In this document: piece by piece, positions 52,545-61,544 of the stretch
Layout: the number at the start of each line of letters is the position of its first letter
Numbering within the stretch: the first letter of the stretch is position 1
Source: Candidatus Shapirobacteria bacterium
GTDB lineage: Bacteria > Patescibacteriota > Microgenomatia > UBA12405
Reading direction: 5' to 3'
Assembly (NCBI GenBank): GCA_030698565.1
Contig: JAUYJS010000008.1
Span: 15,098-79,097 of the forward strand
DNA: 64,000 bases
Program-made: the position numbers and the translations under genes
Notes under the pieces: generated by a model
The model's input: the letters and a program-made list of their open reading frames with translations, nothing else
What the model was told of the DNA's origin: nothing
Database searches by the model: none

Positions 52545-52556
52545 TCTATATAAAGT

Positions 52557-52970
52557 ATGAAAATTCCACCAAATTTAATACTTATTACTATTCTTATTGT
52601 TGGTGGATTTTTATTATTAAAATCTCCCACTGTTGTGACTACAACCAATCCAATATTAGAGGTAACTCCGACAACAGTTCCGGTTACAGACAAAGTACAA
52701 ATTTTAAAAGCCACATATGGACCACCAACAGGTTTTTACCCCATAGAATTTACTGTTAAAGCTGGTCAGCCAGTTCGACTTGAAGTTTTAGCCACTGAAA
52801 ACGGTCGTGGATGTATGGGAAGTATTATGGTTCCGGATTTTCTTCCTGACGATATTCAGTTTTTTACAAAAGGGGAAACAAATGTTTTTGAATTTACACC
52901 CACTATCCCAGGGGAATACCAAATAACCTGTGGCATGGGCATACCCCACGCTAGTTTAGTCGTTAAATGA
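52557..52970 (+). CDS. Membrane-anchored cupredoxin-like protein
   Basis: 137 aa, N-terminal TM. Its C-terminal domain is homologous to the C-terminus of 47382-48893 (EYQITCGMGIPHASLVV vs KYKFSCWMGMISGTVEVV). Confidence 0.5.
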   Translation: MKIPPNLILITILIVGGFLLLKSPTVVTTTNPILEVTPTTVPVTDKVQILKATYGPPTGFYPIEFTVKAGQPVRLEVLATENGRGCMGSIMVPDFLPDDIQFFTKGETNVFEFTPTIPGEYQITCGMGIPHASLVVK

Positions 52971-52972
52971 CC

Positions 52973-53236
52973 TTATTTCTCAGTTATCTTGTTATAAAGC
53001 CAACCCGTCGAACAAACAACTATCCAGGTCATGGCTGCATAAAATACAGCACCAAAAAGCATTTCTGGAATATTTAAAACAGTTACTTGTAAATCAGTCA
53101 ATTTAATTCCATGAAAAGCCATTGAGTACATTCTAAAAGAAATTTCAGGAAATAAATTTGTGATTACCGAGCACAACAAAAAATAAACAAATGTTACCGC
53201 CGCTGCTGCAATTGCTAAGATTCTATGCCTAATCAT
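52973..53236 (-). CDS. Small membrane protein, unknown
   Basis: 87 aa, 2-3 TM helices. Confidence 0.3.
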   Translation of the reverse strand: MIRHRILAIAAAAVTFVYFLLCSVITNLFPEISFRMYSMAFHGIKLTDLQVTVLNIPEMLFGAVFYAAMTWIVVCSTGWLYNKITEK

Positions 53237-53333
53237 TTAAATATTAATTAATAATTAAAAAAAAACGGTTACCTACTATAAAGTGTAGAATTACCTTAAG
53301 GAATTATCAACAGTTAAATTACTAGAATAAATT

Positions 53334-55364
53334 ATGGATCATTCAAAACATCAAATGCACGATATGTCCCACATAGACCATGAATCAGCCATGACCAATC
53401 CGAAAATGGCTGAGTTTATGGAAAAAGACATGCGTAACCGTTTCTTTTGGTCGTTACTTCTAACTATCCCCACGCTTTTGTTTACTTATCTTCCAATACC
53501 AACCGTAATCCCTAAAAACTGGTTATTAATGCTTTTGGTGACTCCAGTTGTCTTTAAATTTGGGTCGATTTTCCCTGTCGGTGCTTACGAAGCACTTAAA
53601 AAGAAAACTCTAAACATGATGGTTTTAATTGCCATCGGAGTATTAGCTGCCTACATTTTTAGCGTGGTAATAACTTTGTTCATTGGCGGTGAAACTTTTT
53701 TTGAAGCCGCGGCCATGTTGGTAACTTTTGTTCTCTTTGGCCATTGGATGGAGATGAAATCTCGTCGGGGAACATCAGACGCTCTTCGAGCTTTATTTGA
53801 TTTGGTTCCGCCACAGGCGCGAGTCTTTAGAGGTGGACAAGAATTAGTTATCTCTACTGCCGATGTTTTAATTGGTGATATTGTGATTCTTAAACCAGGC
53901 GATAAAGTTCCAGTTGATGGAGAAGTAGTTGAAGGCGAGACATCTATCGATGAATCTTTAGTAACTGGAGAATCGATTCCAGTTGAGAAAAAAGTTGGTG
54001 ATTTAGTCATTGGCGGATCGATCAATCAAATGGGATCACTTAAATTTAAGGCCATCAAGGTCGGTGCCGATACTGCTCTGGCACAAATCGTCAAACTGGT
54101 AGAAACCGCTCAAAATTCCAAAGCCCCAGGGCAAAGAATTGCCGACAAAGCTGCTCAATATTTAGTAATTTTAGCTATTGGATCAGGACTAATTACATTT
54201 ATAGTTTGGTATTTTGTACTAGGTCAATCATTATTATTTGCTTTAACTTTTGCTATTTCGGCTGTAGTCATTGCTTGTCCCGATGCCCTAGGACTGGCTA
54301 CCCCCACTGTCGTGGCTGTTGGTACTGGTTTGGGCGCTAAACATAATATTTTGATTAAAGATGCCACCACACTCGAACAAGTATCCAAAATTAATACTGT
54401 AGTGATGGACAAAACCGGGACTTTAACTGAAGGAAAACCAATTGTGACTCAAGTGATTGCGGCCAAAGGATTTACTGAAGATCAGGTCTTGATGTACGAT
54501 GCAGCGGTTGAAAAAATGTCGGGTCATCCATTAAGTAAAGCAATTCTTTCTGAAGTAGAAAAACGCAAACTGTCAATTTCAAATGACGTCAAAAACTTTA
54601 AAGCAATTTCCGGTCATGGAGTTGAGGCTATAGTTGATGGCAAACAGATAATCGTTGGCAATTTAAAACTAATTAAAGACAGGGGGATTGACATAGCCCC
54701 AATAGAATTATCGGTTCAAAAGCTTTTAAATGAAGGTAATACAATTATGTTATTGGCTATGGACAACAAGATTGCCGGAGTTGTTGGTGTCGCCGACCCA
54801 ATCAAAAAAAGCTCATATATCGCCGTTAAAAAGATGCAGGAAATAGGGATTGAAGTGGCTATGATTACCGGAGACAATCAAAAAACTGCAGATAATATTG
54901 GTAAAACTTTAGGAATTACTAGAATATTTGCCGAAGTGTTACCAGAAGATAAAGCCAATTATATTAAGAAACTCCAGAATGAGGGTAAATTTGTGGCCAT
55001 GGTTGGAGACGGAGTCAATGATGCACCAGCCCTCGCCCAAGCAAATATTGGTATTGCTATTGGCGCAGGAACTGACGTGGCTATTGAAACAGCTAATGTC
55101 GTCCTAATGAAGTCAGACCCATTAGATATTTTAAGAGCCATTCGATTAAGCAAAGCTACTGTCCGAAAAATGAAAGAAAATCTGGTTTGGGCCAGTGTTT
55201 ATAATGTTTTAGCCATTCCTATTGCCGCCGGAATATTATATCCAAGCATGGGTATAACTCTTCGTCCTGAAGTTTCAGCATTATTAATGTCTGTTTCTTC
55301 AATTATCGTGGCTACTAATGCAGTTTTATTGAAACGTGCGGAAAAGAATTTAATTACTATATGA
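53334..55364 (+). CDS. P1B-type heavy-metal ATPase, CopB-like (His/Met-rich N-terminus) with a CPD transmembrane metal-site motif
   Basis: 676 aa. The N-terminus (MDHSKHQMHDMSHIDHESAM) has no HMA domain. Motifs: TGES, IACPDALGLATP (CPD rather than CPC/CPH), DKTGTLT, GDGVNDAPAL. Confidence 0.8.
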   Translation: MDHSKHQMHDMSHIDHESAMTNPKMAEFMEKDMRNRFFWSLLLTIPTLLFTYLPIPTVIPKNWLLMLLVTPVVFKFGSIFPVGAYEALKKKTLNMMVLIAIGVLAAYIFSVVITLFIGGETFFEAAAMLVTFVLFGHWMEMKSRRGTSDALRALFDLVPPQARVFRGGQELVISTADVLIGDIVILKPGDKVPVDGEVVEGETSIDESLVTGESIPVEKKVGDLVIGGSINQMGSLKFKAIKVGADTALAQIVKLVETAQNSKAPGQRIADKAAQYLVILAIGSGLITFIVWYFVLGQSLLFALTFAISAVVIACPDALGLATPTVVAVGTGLGAKHNILIKDATTLEQVSKINTVVMDKTGTLTEGKPIVTQVIAAKGFTEDQVLMYDAAVEKMSGHPLSKAILSEVEKRKLSISNDVKNFKAISGHGVEAIVDGKQIIVGNLKLIKDRGIDIAPIELSVQKLLNEGNTIMLLAMDNKIAGVVGVADPIKKSSYIAVKKMQEIGIEVAMITGDNQKTADNIGKTLGITRIFAEVLPEDKANYIKKLQNEGKFVAMVGDGVNDAPALAQANIGIAIGAGTDVAIETANVVLMKSDPLDILRAIRLSKATVRKMKENLVWASVYNVLAIPIAAGILYPSMGITLRPEVSALLMSVSSIIVATNAVLLKRAEKNLITI

Positions 55365-55463
55365 AAACAATAAAAATAACCGCGATTCTCACCTGTCCCG
55401 AATGTAATAAAGCGCAATCAGTTATAATGTCCCTTAAAACAACTTGAAGGTACAAAAAAAGAT

Positions 55464-56309
55464 TTATTTTAATGCCGCATCAGCCACTGACTTCATATCA
55501 GTCCAGCTATATGCTCCAGCAAAGTTGGTCGAATTTAGATAAAATCCAGGAGTTCCGTTTACACCCAAGGAAGTCGCTAATGCAGAATCTTCAGCTAAAC
55601 GGGTATTATATTTGCCACTATCAAGACATTTCTTTAATTCACTTTTATTAACAGCAGATGCTAAGAAATCGGCTACCTGCTGCGATTTAGTGGCATCGTT
55701 TTTGACTTCGTCATTGATTAGTGTATAACCCTTGGCCGACATTAAAAGATCATGTGCTTGCCAAAACTTACCTTGATCAAAGGCACAATAAAGAGCCTTT
55801 GTTCCTAGTTCTCCGTTCCCGTGACCATTCGTATAAATCCACACAAAATCTGCTTTTCCTTGATCAATTAATTTTTTCATTTCCAAAATAGGTGGTACGT
55901 AAGTTCCACCCTGTGAAACTAATTTGAATTGTGGTCCCATTTGAGCTCCAATTTCAGTATTGGCTCCAGAGGCGACGCCGCAATAAGGACAGCTCGGATC
56001 CGATACTTCCACCATTAATAATTTTTTATCACCTTTACCAAATTTAATTACATTTTTAGAAAACAGACCCTTGATGGTTTCTTGTGATATTTGAGGTTTA
56101 CCTGGTACTTGTTGGGCTGGTTGAGGATCATTGACCGTCGGGTTGGCTACTACAGTAGCTTGATCACCATATTTGCTTTTCCCAAAAAGATACCCAACAG
56201 CAAAAGACAGAAGTATTATAAGCAAGGAAAAAAAATAAAGCATACTCTTATCTACCACTAATGGAGTAGGTGAATTATATCTTGTTGGTTGATTACTTTT
56301 TCTTATCAT
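55464..56309 (-). CDS. Membrane-anchored DsbA-like thiol:disulfide oxidoreductase (thioredoxin fold)
   Basis: 281 aa, N-terminal TM, CPYC active site (DPSCPYCG). Confidence 0.7.
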   Translation of the reverse strand: MIRKSNQPTRYNSPTPLVVDKSMLYFFSLLIILLSFAVGYLFGKSKYGDQATVVANPTVNDPQPAQQVPGKPQISQETIKGLFSKNVIKFGKGDKKLLMVEVSDPSCPYCGVASGANTEIGAQMGPQFKLVSQGGTYVPPILEMKKLIDQGKADFVWIYTNGHGNGELGTKALYCAFDQGKFWQAHDLLMSAKGYTLINDEVKNDATKSQQVADFLASAVNKSELKKCLDSGKYNTRLAEDSALATSLGVNGTPGFYLNSTNFAGAYSWTDMKSVADAALK

Positions 56310-56371
56310 ACTAGATTCTATTAACGCTAGCCAAAAATGTCAAGAAGGTAATGTGCTACAATAGGTAGTAT

Positions 56372-56740
56372 ATGGTAAAAACCGATCTTTTAGGTTCACT
56401 TGAGCAAAAAATCATGGATATTTTATGGACTGCCAAAACTCCCCAAAAACCAGCCCAAGTTCTAAAAAAACTTAAGGGAAAATACGCCTACACCACTATT
56501 ATGACTGTTCTAAAACGGATGAACGATAAGTGTGTTTTAGAAAGAAAATTAATTGGTAAGGTTTATTTTTATTCCCCCTTAGCCAATAAAGAAAAATTTA
56601 TTAAATCTAATTTGTCGGGAATTTTTGATGAATTAGTTGGTTCTTATGGCCACCTCGCCATCTCACAATTTGTCGATTCTATAAAAAATAATAAAGATGA
56701 TTTAAAATTACTTCAAAAATATTTAAGTCAAAACAAATGA
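56372..56740 (+). CDS. BlaI/MecI/CopY-family transcriptional repressor (paralog 2)
   Basis: 122 aa with LGSLEQKIMDILW...YTTIMTVLKRMNDKCVL. Overlaps the downstream M56 gene by 4 nt. Confidence 0.7.
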   Translation: MVKTDLLGSLEQKIMDILWTAKTPQKPAQVLKKLKGKYAYTTIMTVLKRMNDKCVLERKLIGKVYFYSPLANKEKFIKSNLSGIFDELVGSYGHLAISQFVDSIKNNKDDLKLLQKYLSQNK

Positions 56741-57693
56741 ACTCAAAAAGTTTAAACAGTTTTCGTAACCTTTTTTTCTTTTTAATTGTCAGTCTCGGTT
56801 TAATTTACACTTTAATACTAGTCAAAGGTTTAGGTCGGTCAATGTCGGGCTTTGTTATGCAACTAATTTTTCTTTTAGACATTTTAAAAACCCAACCACT
56901 TCTTTCATTAAAATTAATATTTTCATCCCAGTTCGTTTTTAATGTTGGTTTTGGTTTTACTATTTTATTTCTCAGCCTTAAATATTTAAACGCCTTACTT
57001 CGCTCATTATTAAACTTTAATTTAACTCAAAAAACCATAAAAAATTTAATAATTATTAAATCAAACAAGAAATATTTTATTTTTAAATCAACTCAACCCC
57101 AAGCTTTTACTGTCGGATTTTTCTTACCCAAAATTTATATTTCTACATCTCTTATTAGAAAAAGTACAGACATTGAACTTAAGGCTGTATATCGGCATGA
57201 ATTAAAACATAAAATGAACTTAGATCCACTAAAAGATTTTATTATTAATTTTATTTCACTATCACTTCCCCCATTTTTTGGTAAAAAAAAGTTTTTTGGT
57301 CAATATTCTGCCCTCGTGGAAATTAATTGTGACTCTTTTGCCCAATTAAAACTTAAAAGTAGTCTTCCTTTAGTTTCTGCCTTGCTCAAAACAACATCTT
57401 CTCATTCAGTAATCTTGGAAACCGCCGCTTATTTTTCTAGTCAAAGTGAAAGAATAAAAGTCTTGGTCGGTGAAAGTCGACTAAAAATTAAACAACTATT
57501 TTTAATGAATTCATTCATTTTAGTTTTTGCCATATTTAGTTTAAATCTGGTTACTAACACCAATCTTTTTTATAACTGCGAGCACGTACTTAAATGTGTC
57601 CAAATCTTTTTATCCGAGAATAAGCAAACTAAATTAGTTAATTCTTCACCTGTTTCAGTTTCTCCAGTTATGGACCATTGTCCCCAATGCTAA
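56737..57693 (+). CDS. BlaR1/MecR1-like M56-family membrane metallopeptidase (no C-terminal sensor domain)
   Basis: 318 aa, polytopic, HEXXH motif (YRHELKHKMN). C-terminal CPQC. Confidence 0.5.
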   Translation: MNSKSLNSFRNLFFFLIVSLGLIYTLILVKGLGRSMSGFVMQLIFLLDILKTQPLLSLKLIFSSQFVFNVGFGFTILFLSLKYLNALLRSLLNFNLTQKTIKNLIIIKSNKKYFIFKSTQPQAFTVGFFLPKIYISTSLIRKSTDIELKAVYRHELKHKMNLDPLKDFIINFISLSLPPFFGKKKFFGQYSALVEINCDSFAQLKLKSSLPLVSALLKTTSSHSVILETAAYFSSQSERIKVLVGESRLKIKQLFLMNSFILVFAIFSLNLVTNTNLFYNCEHVLKCVQIFLSENKQTKLVNSSPVSVSPVMDHCPQC

Positions 57694-57744
57694 ATAACAA
57701 CCATCTGTTTTGCTCTAACTCCTAGTAAATAGTATAATAAACGT

Positions 57745-57885
57745 ATGATGTTTCCTTATTTTTATGGTTCTGAGTTTGGTACTATGGGTATTTGGTTTAT
57801 TTTAAGTATTTTAACCTGGGCCGGTTTTTTAATTCTTTTATTCTTATTGATAGTTTATTTGCTTAAACGAATTCGCCAACAGTAA
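57745..57885 (+). CDS. Possible 46-aa single-TM micro-protein
   Basis: Translates to MMFPYFYGSEFGTMGIWFILSILTWAGFLILLFLLIVYLLKRIRQQ. Below the ORF-track length cut-off. No further support. Confidence 0.2.
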   Translation: MMFPYFYGSEFGTMGIWFILSILTWAGFLILLFLLIVYLLKRIRQQ

Positions 57886-57965
57886 AAACTCTTTAATAAC
57901 TACATATTGTAGTATATAATTATCTATTGCTTATTCTCTTATAAATTAACCTGTTAAAATAAACT

Positions 57966-58424
57966 ATGTTTTTAGTTAACCCAGCTTATGCCCAATGTCC
58001 GGTTTGTATTGTTACTGTTGGCGGTGGTATGTTTATCGCCAGAAAGCTAGGCGTAGACGATTTATTGGTTTCTACATGGATTGCAGCTTTAAATGTAGCC
58101 GCTTCTTTTTGGTTGGCTCCAAAAATAAAAAATAGAATATTGGGCAACCCGGTTATATTTTCCTTATTAATGCTCGGTTTCACTTTTTTTTATTTTTATA
58201 CTACAAAACAAATCGGTCTCCTTCATAGCAAAATTTTAGGAGTAGATAAAATTATTTTAGGTCAAATCATTGGAACCTTAATTATGTTTTTAGGCATCTT
58301 TATTGATCGTTTTTCTCGGATTAAAAACGGTGGTAAAATTCTTTTCCCTTACCAGAAAGTCATTTTTCCTATAGGTTCGCTTTTAATTATTACTCTTATT
58401 TTTAAATTTGCCTTCAATCTTTAA
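57966..58424 (+). CDS. Membrane protein, unknown (N-terminal CPVC motif)
   Basis: 152 aa, 4 TM. Confidence 0.35.
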   Translation: MFLVNPAYAQCPVCIVTVGGGMFIARKLGVDDLLVSTWIAALNVAASFWLAPKIKNRILGNPVIFSLLMLGFTFFYFYTTKQIGLLHSKILGVDKIILGQIIGTLIMFLGIFIDRFSRIKNGGKILFPYQKVIFPIGSLLIITLIFKFAFNL

Positions 58425-58437
58425 TATATAATCAACT

Positions 58438-58989
58438 ATGATCAACAACACTGACATCGATCAATTCATGTCCAAAATTAAAAAACTAGAAAAAGGCGAA
58501 CAACTAGATTTATCCTCAGACGAGGATTTATCTATAGCCATCATGAATTTAATTTCCATTGAAGAACATTTATTTTTCTCAGGCAACAAAACCGGCGATA
58601 ATAAATATTTTGATTTAATCAACGAAATTAGGGAAATGAGAAAAGGCCTTTTGAAAATGATTATCAAAGATTATGAAGGGGAAGTTTGGTGTATTAGCAA
58701 GCATCTCCTCGCTGCTTCAATGCGTCTCATGGAAGTGGGGACTAAAGCCCAAACCAAAGGCAATCAAGCCAAAGCCAATGAATTATTTAAAAAATCTTAT
58801 GATTTATACAATCTCTTTTGGGGTCTAAATTTAGGTATGGTTAAAAACAGCGATCTAAAATCATCTCCAAGCAAAGCTTTAGTTCAGGACATTGACGACA
58901 AAGAAGCTCCAATTTCTTATTCTAAAAATGAATTTTTAGGTAAAGTCAGTAGTGTTATTGGTAAGATTTTGGATTGTTGCCGGGAATAA
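58438..58989 (+). CDS. Hypothetical soluble protein
   Basis: 183 aa, no recognised motifs. Confidence 0.35.
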   Translation: MINNTDIDQFMSKIKKLEKGEQLDLSSDEDLSIAIMNLISIEEHLFFSGNKTGDNKYFDLINEIREMRKGLLKMIIKDYEGEVWCISKHLLAASMRLMEVGTKAQTKGNQAKANELFKKSYDLYNLFWGLNLGMVKNSDLKSSPSKALVQDIDDKEAPISYSKNEFLGKVSSVIGKILDCCRE

Positions 58990-58997
58990 TTCCACAC

Positions 58998-59645
58998 TTA
59001 TATTTTAGCTATTTCTTTTAATTTTTCCAAATTTTTGACGGCTATTCTTCGTCCCACAGCTGAAATATAACCTTCTTTTTGCAGTTTTAAAATCTGCAAA
59101 GTTACTGTTTCTCTGGTTAATCCGGTCATACTAGCAATCATTCGATGTGGAGTATTAAAATTAATTGTGACCCCTTTTCTGTTTGGTTCACCAAACTTAT
59201 TAGACATAGAATATATTAGTCCGGCAATTTTAGTATAAGCATCTCCAAAAACCAATTGCTGCATACTATCAGTTAGTTCCATAAATTCAGACCACATAGT
59301 TCGGCTTAACTTATCAAATAATTCTTTGTCACTTCTAATAAAATTTAAGGTCTCTTCCTTTGGTGCTACCCAAATTTCCAAAGGGCTAATAGATTCAAAA
59401 TAATATTTATTTTTTTCGCCTGTTAAAGCCGTTATCATAGAAACTGTAAAAAGAGGTTTGAATAATGGTAAAGTAATCTCTCGACCATCTTTGGACACAG
59501 TATAAACTCTCGAATAACCACTTTTTTCAAAAACAATTCCTGATATTTCTTCGTCTGGACTAAAAACAATTCTTCCTTTTTTAAACTTTATAAGTTTGTG
59601 TTTTTTAAAGTAAGCAACCAGTTTTTTCTTGATTATTTCGTTCAT
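58998..59645 (-). CDS. Crp/Fnr-family transcriptional regulator
   Basis: 215 aa with a cNMP-binding-like N-terminus and C-terminal HTH (RMIASMTGLTRETVTLQILKLQKEGYI). Confidence 0.7.
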   Translation of the reverse strand: MNEIIKKKLVAYFKKHKLIKFKKGRIVFSPDEEISGIVFEKSGYSRVYTVSKDGREITLPLFKPLFTVSMITALTGEKNKYYFESISPLEIWVAPKEETLNFIRSDKELFDKLSRTMWSEFMELTDSMQQLVFGDAYTKIAGLIYSMSNKFGEPNRKGVTINFNTPHRMIASMTGLTRETVTLQILKLQKEGYISAVGRRIAVKNLEKLKEIAKI

Positions 59646-59787
59646 TTTTGTTTGATTAACTTATATATATTTATATGTAATGTTGAATACAACACTCAAC
59701 CAGTATAATTCAATTTTGTATTGAAGTAAACAATCATATCATTGCCACCTTAAATCAAAGTTAAGTTCATAATTGAGTAACCTATAA

Positions 59788-60459
59788 TCATACTGATTCT
59801 TCAAAACGATAGCCTAAACCATACATAGATTTTATAAATTTATCTTTAGTAAAATTTTGCAACTTCTTTCGAATCCTTTTTATGTGGACATCAATTGTGT
59901 TTGAATTATAAAAATTTTTATCCTTCCAAACGTAGCTATATAACTCTTCTCTGGAAACCAACTTATCTCTATTGATTATCATATATCTTAAGAGTAGATA
60001 TTCTTGATGAGATAATTTTATAATTTGTTCATTCCAAAAAATACAATGTTTAGATAAATCCAGAACTAAATTACCAACTCTAATACATTTTCCCTTTTTA
60101 AGATCTTCTGTTCTTCTGAATAAAGCTCTAATCCTTGCTTCCAATTCAGCAAAGATAAAAGGTTTAGTTAAGTAATCATCCGCTCCAACATCCAATGCTT
60201 CAACAATTATTTCTTTATTTTCATTAGTGGTGAACAATAAAATTGCTACTTTTTTATCGGATTCTCTCACCTTTTTGCAAATGCTTATTCCATCAGTATC
60301 TGGTAAATAATAATCAATAATTAAAAGATCGTATTCCTTGTTACGAAATCTTTTTAATCCTTCCTTGCCCGCACCAGCCACATCAACACTATATTTATTT
60401 AGTTTCGTCTTAATAATTTTTGACAAATGTAAATCGTCTTCAATATAAAGAATATTCAT
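59788..60459 (-). CDS. Two-component response regulator, OmpR/PhoB family
   Basis: 223 aa. Receiver domain (LLIIDYYLPDTDG) plus winged-helix trans_reg_C output. Confidence 0.85.
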   Translation of the reverse strand: MNILYIEDDLHLSKIIKTKLNKYSVDVAGAGKEGLKRFRNKEYDLLIIDYYLPDTDGISICKKVRESDKKVAILLFTTNENKEIIVEALDVGADDYLTKPFIFAELEARIRALFRRTEDLKKGKCIRVGNLVLDLSKHCIFWNEQIIKLSHQEYLLLRYMIINRDKLVSREELYSYVWKDKNFYNSNTIDVHIKRIRKKLQNFTKDKFIKSMYGLGYRFEESV

Positions 60460-60524
60460 AATTTAATAATACTATTACAATAATCTGGCACGATTTCATT
60501 CCACTCCTAATCTTTAATTTAATA

Positions 60525-61415
60525 TTATTGATTTGGGATAATGATATTAAATTGACTACCTTTTCCATAAGTACTAGTAAAATTTATTTCTCCATTAAAA
60601 TAATCTTTAATGATATTTTGGCTAATATACAAACCAAAACCTGTTCTTTCATGGCTATTTTTATTAGTAAAGAAAGGTCGAAAAATCATTTTTCTGTCTT
60701 CATTTTTAATACCACAACCATTATCGATAATACTTATAAATAATTTATCAATTTCCTTTTTAATTTCGATCCGCACAAATCTTTCAACCCGGTCAATGTT
60801 TTTGAAAGAATCTATACTATTCATAATAATATTAGCTACTATTCTTGACAATTTTACCGAAAAACCCATAATCTGATTTTTGTGTACCGGTTGGAAAATT
60901 AATTTTACTTGCTGTCGTTCAGCTGTGTGAGTTAGGAGTAATAATATATTTTTAATTTCTACATTTAAATCAAATTGTTCTTTTGTTTCCTCGTGAACTA
61001 ATTGTTTTTGAGAATTTTTAATTATTGATTCGACTGTCTTTGAAGCTATTAGGGATTGATTAATTAAGCCCAAAATATCGAGACCATTATTTTTTAATAA
61101 TTTACACGACTCTTGTTTTAGACTATCTAAATTTAAGGAAATGACAGTTAGGGGATTTTTAATATCATGCAATAATCCCGCTGAAATTTTACCAAACTCA
61201 GCTAAATTATTTAAATCCATCATTCTTTGTAACTGATATTCTCTAATTTCCCTTGTTCTTTTATTAACTTCTATCTTTAGGTTTATATTTTGTTTCTTTA
61301 ATTTATTAGCCAAATTAACCGCTTCTTTTTCCCTAAATAAACTATAAAGGCCAAAAAGCCTAAAAACCGACATTAAAGATAATCTTTTTTTTGGCACGTT
61401 ATTAATATCCGACAT
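60525..61415 (-). CDS. Sensor histidine kinase (apparently cytoplasmic, no TM sensor)
   Basis: 296 aa. H-box LLHDIKNPLTVIS, and HATPase_c N/G boxes (IIDNGCGI, GFGLYISQ). Confidence 0.8.
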   Translation of the reverse strand: MSDINNVPKKRLSLMSVFRLFGLYSLFREKEAVNLANKLKKQNINLKIEVNKRTREIREYQLQRMMDLNNLAEFGKISAGLLHDIKNPLTVISLNLDSLKQESCKLLKNNGLDILGLINQSLIASKTVESIIKNSQKQLVHEETKEQFDLNVEIKNILLLLTHTAERQQVKLIFQPVHKNQIMGFSVKLSRIVANIIMNSIDSFKNIDRVERFVRIEIKKEIDKLFISIIDNGCGIKNEDRKMIFRPFFTNKNSHERTGFGLYISQNIIKDYFNGEINFTSTYGKGSQFNIIIPNQ

Positions 61416-61544
61416 TTCTCGATTCTTTATTAGTCAGCACTCTTTTTAATAATTTATTCATTATTTTTCACCTCCTTTTCATTGTAATAGATAATCAATT
61501 CCATTAAACAACATAATGATGAACAAATTATGAATTCTATGTTC

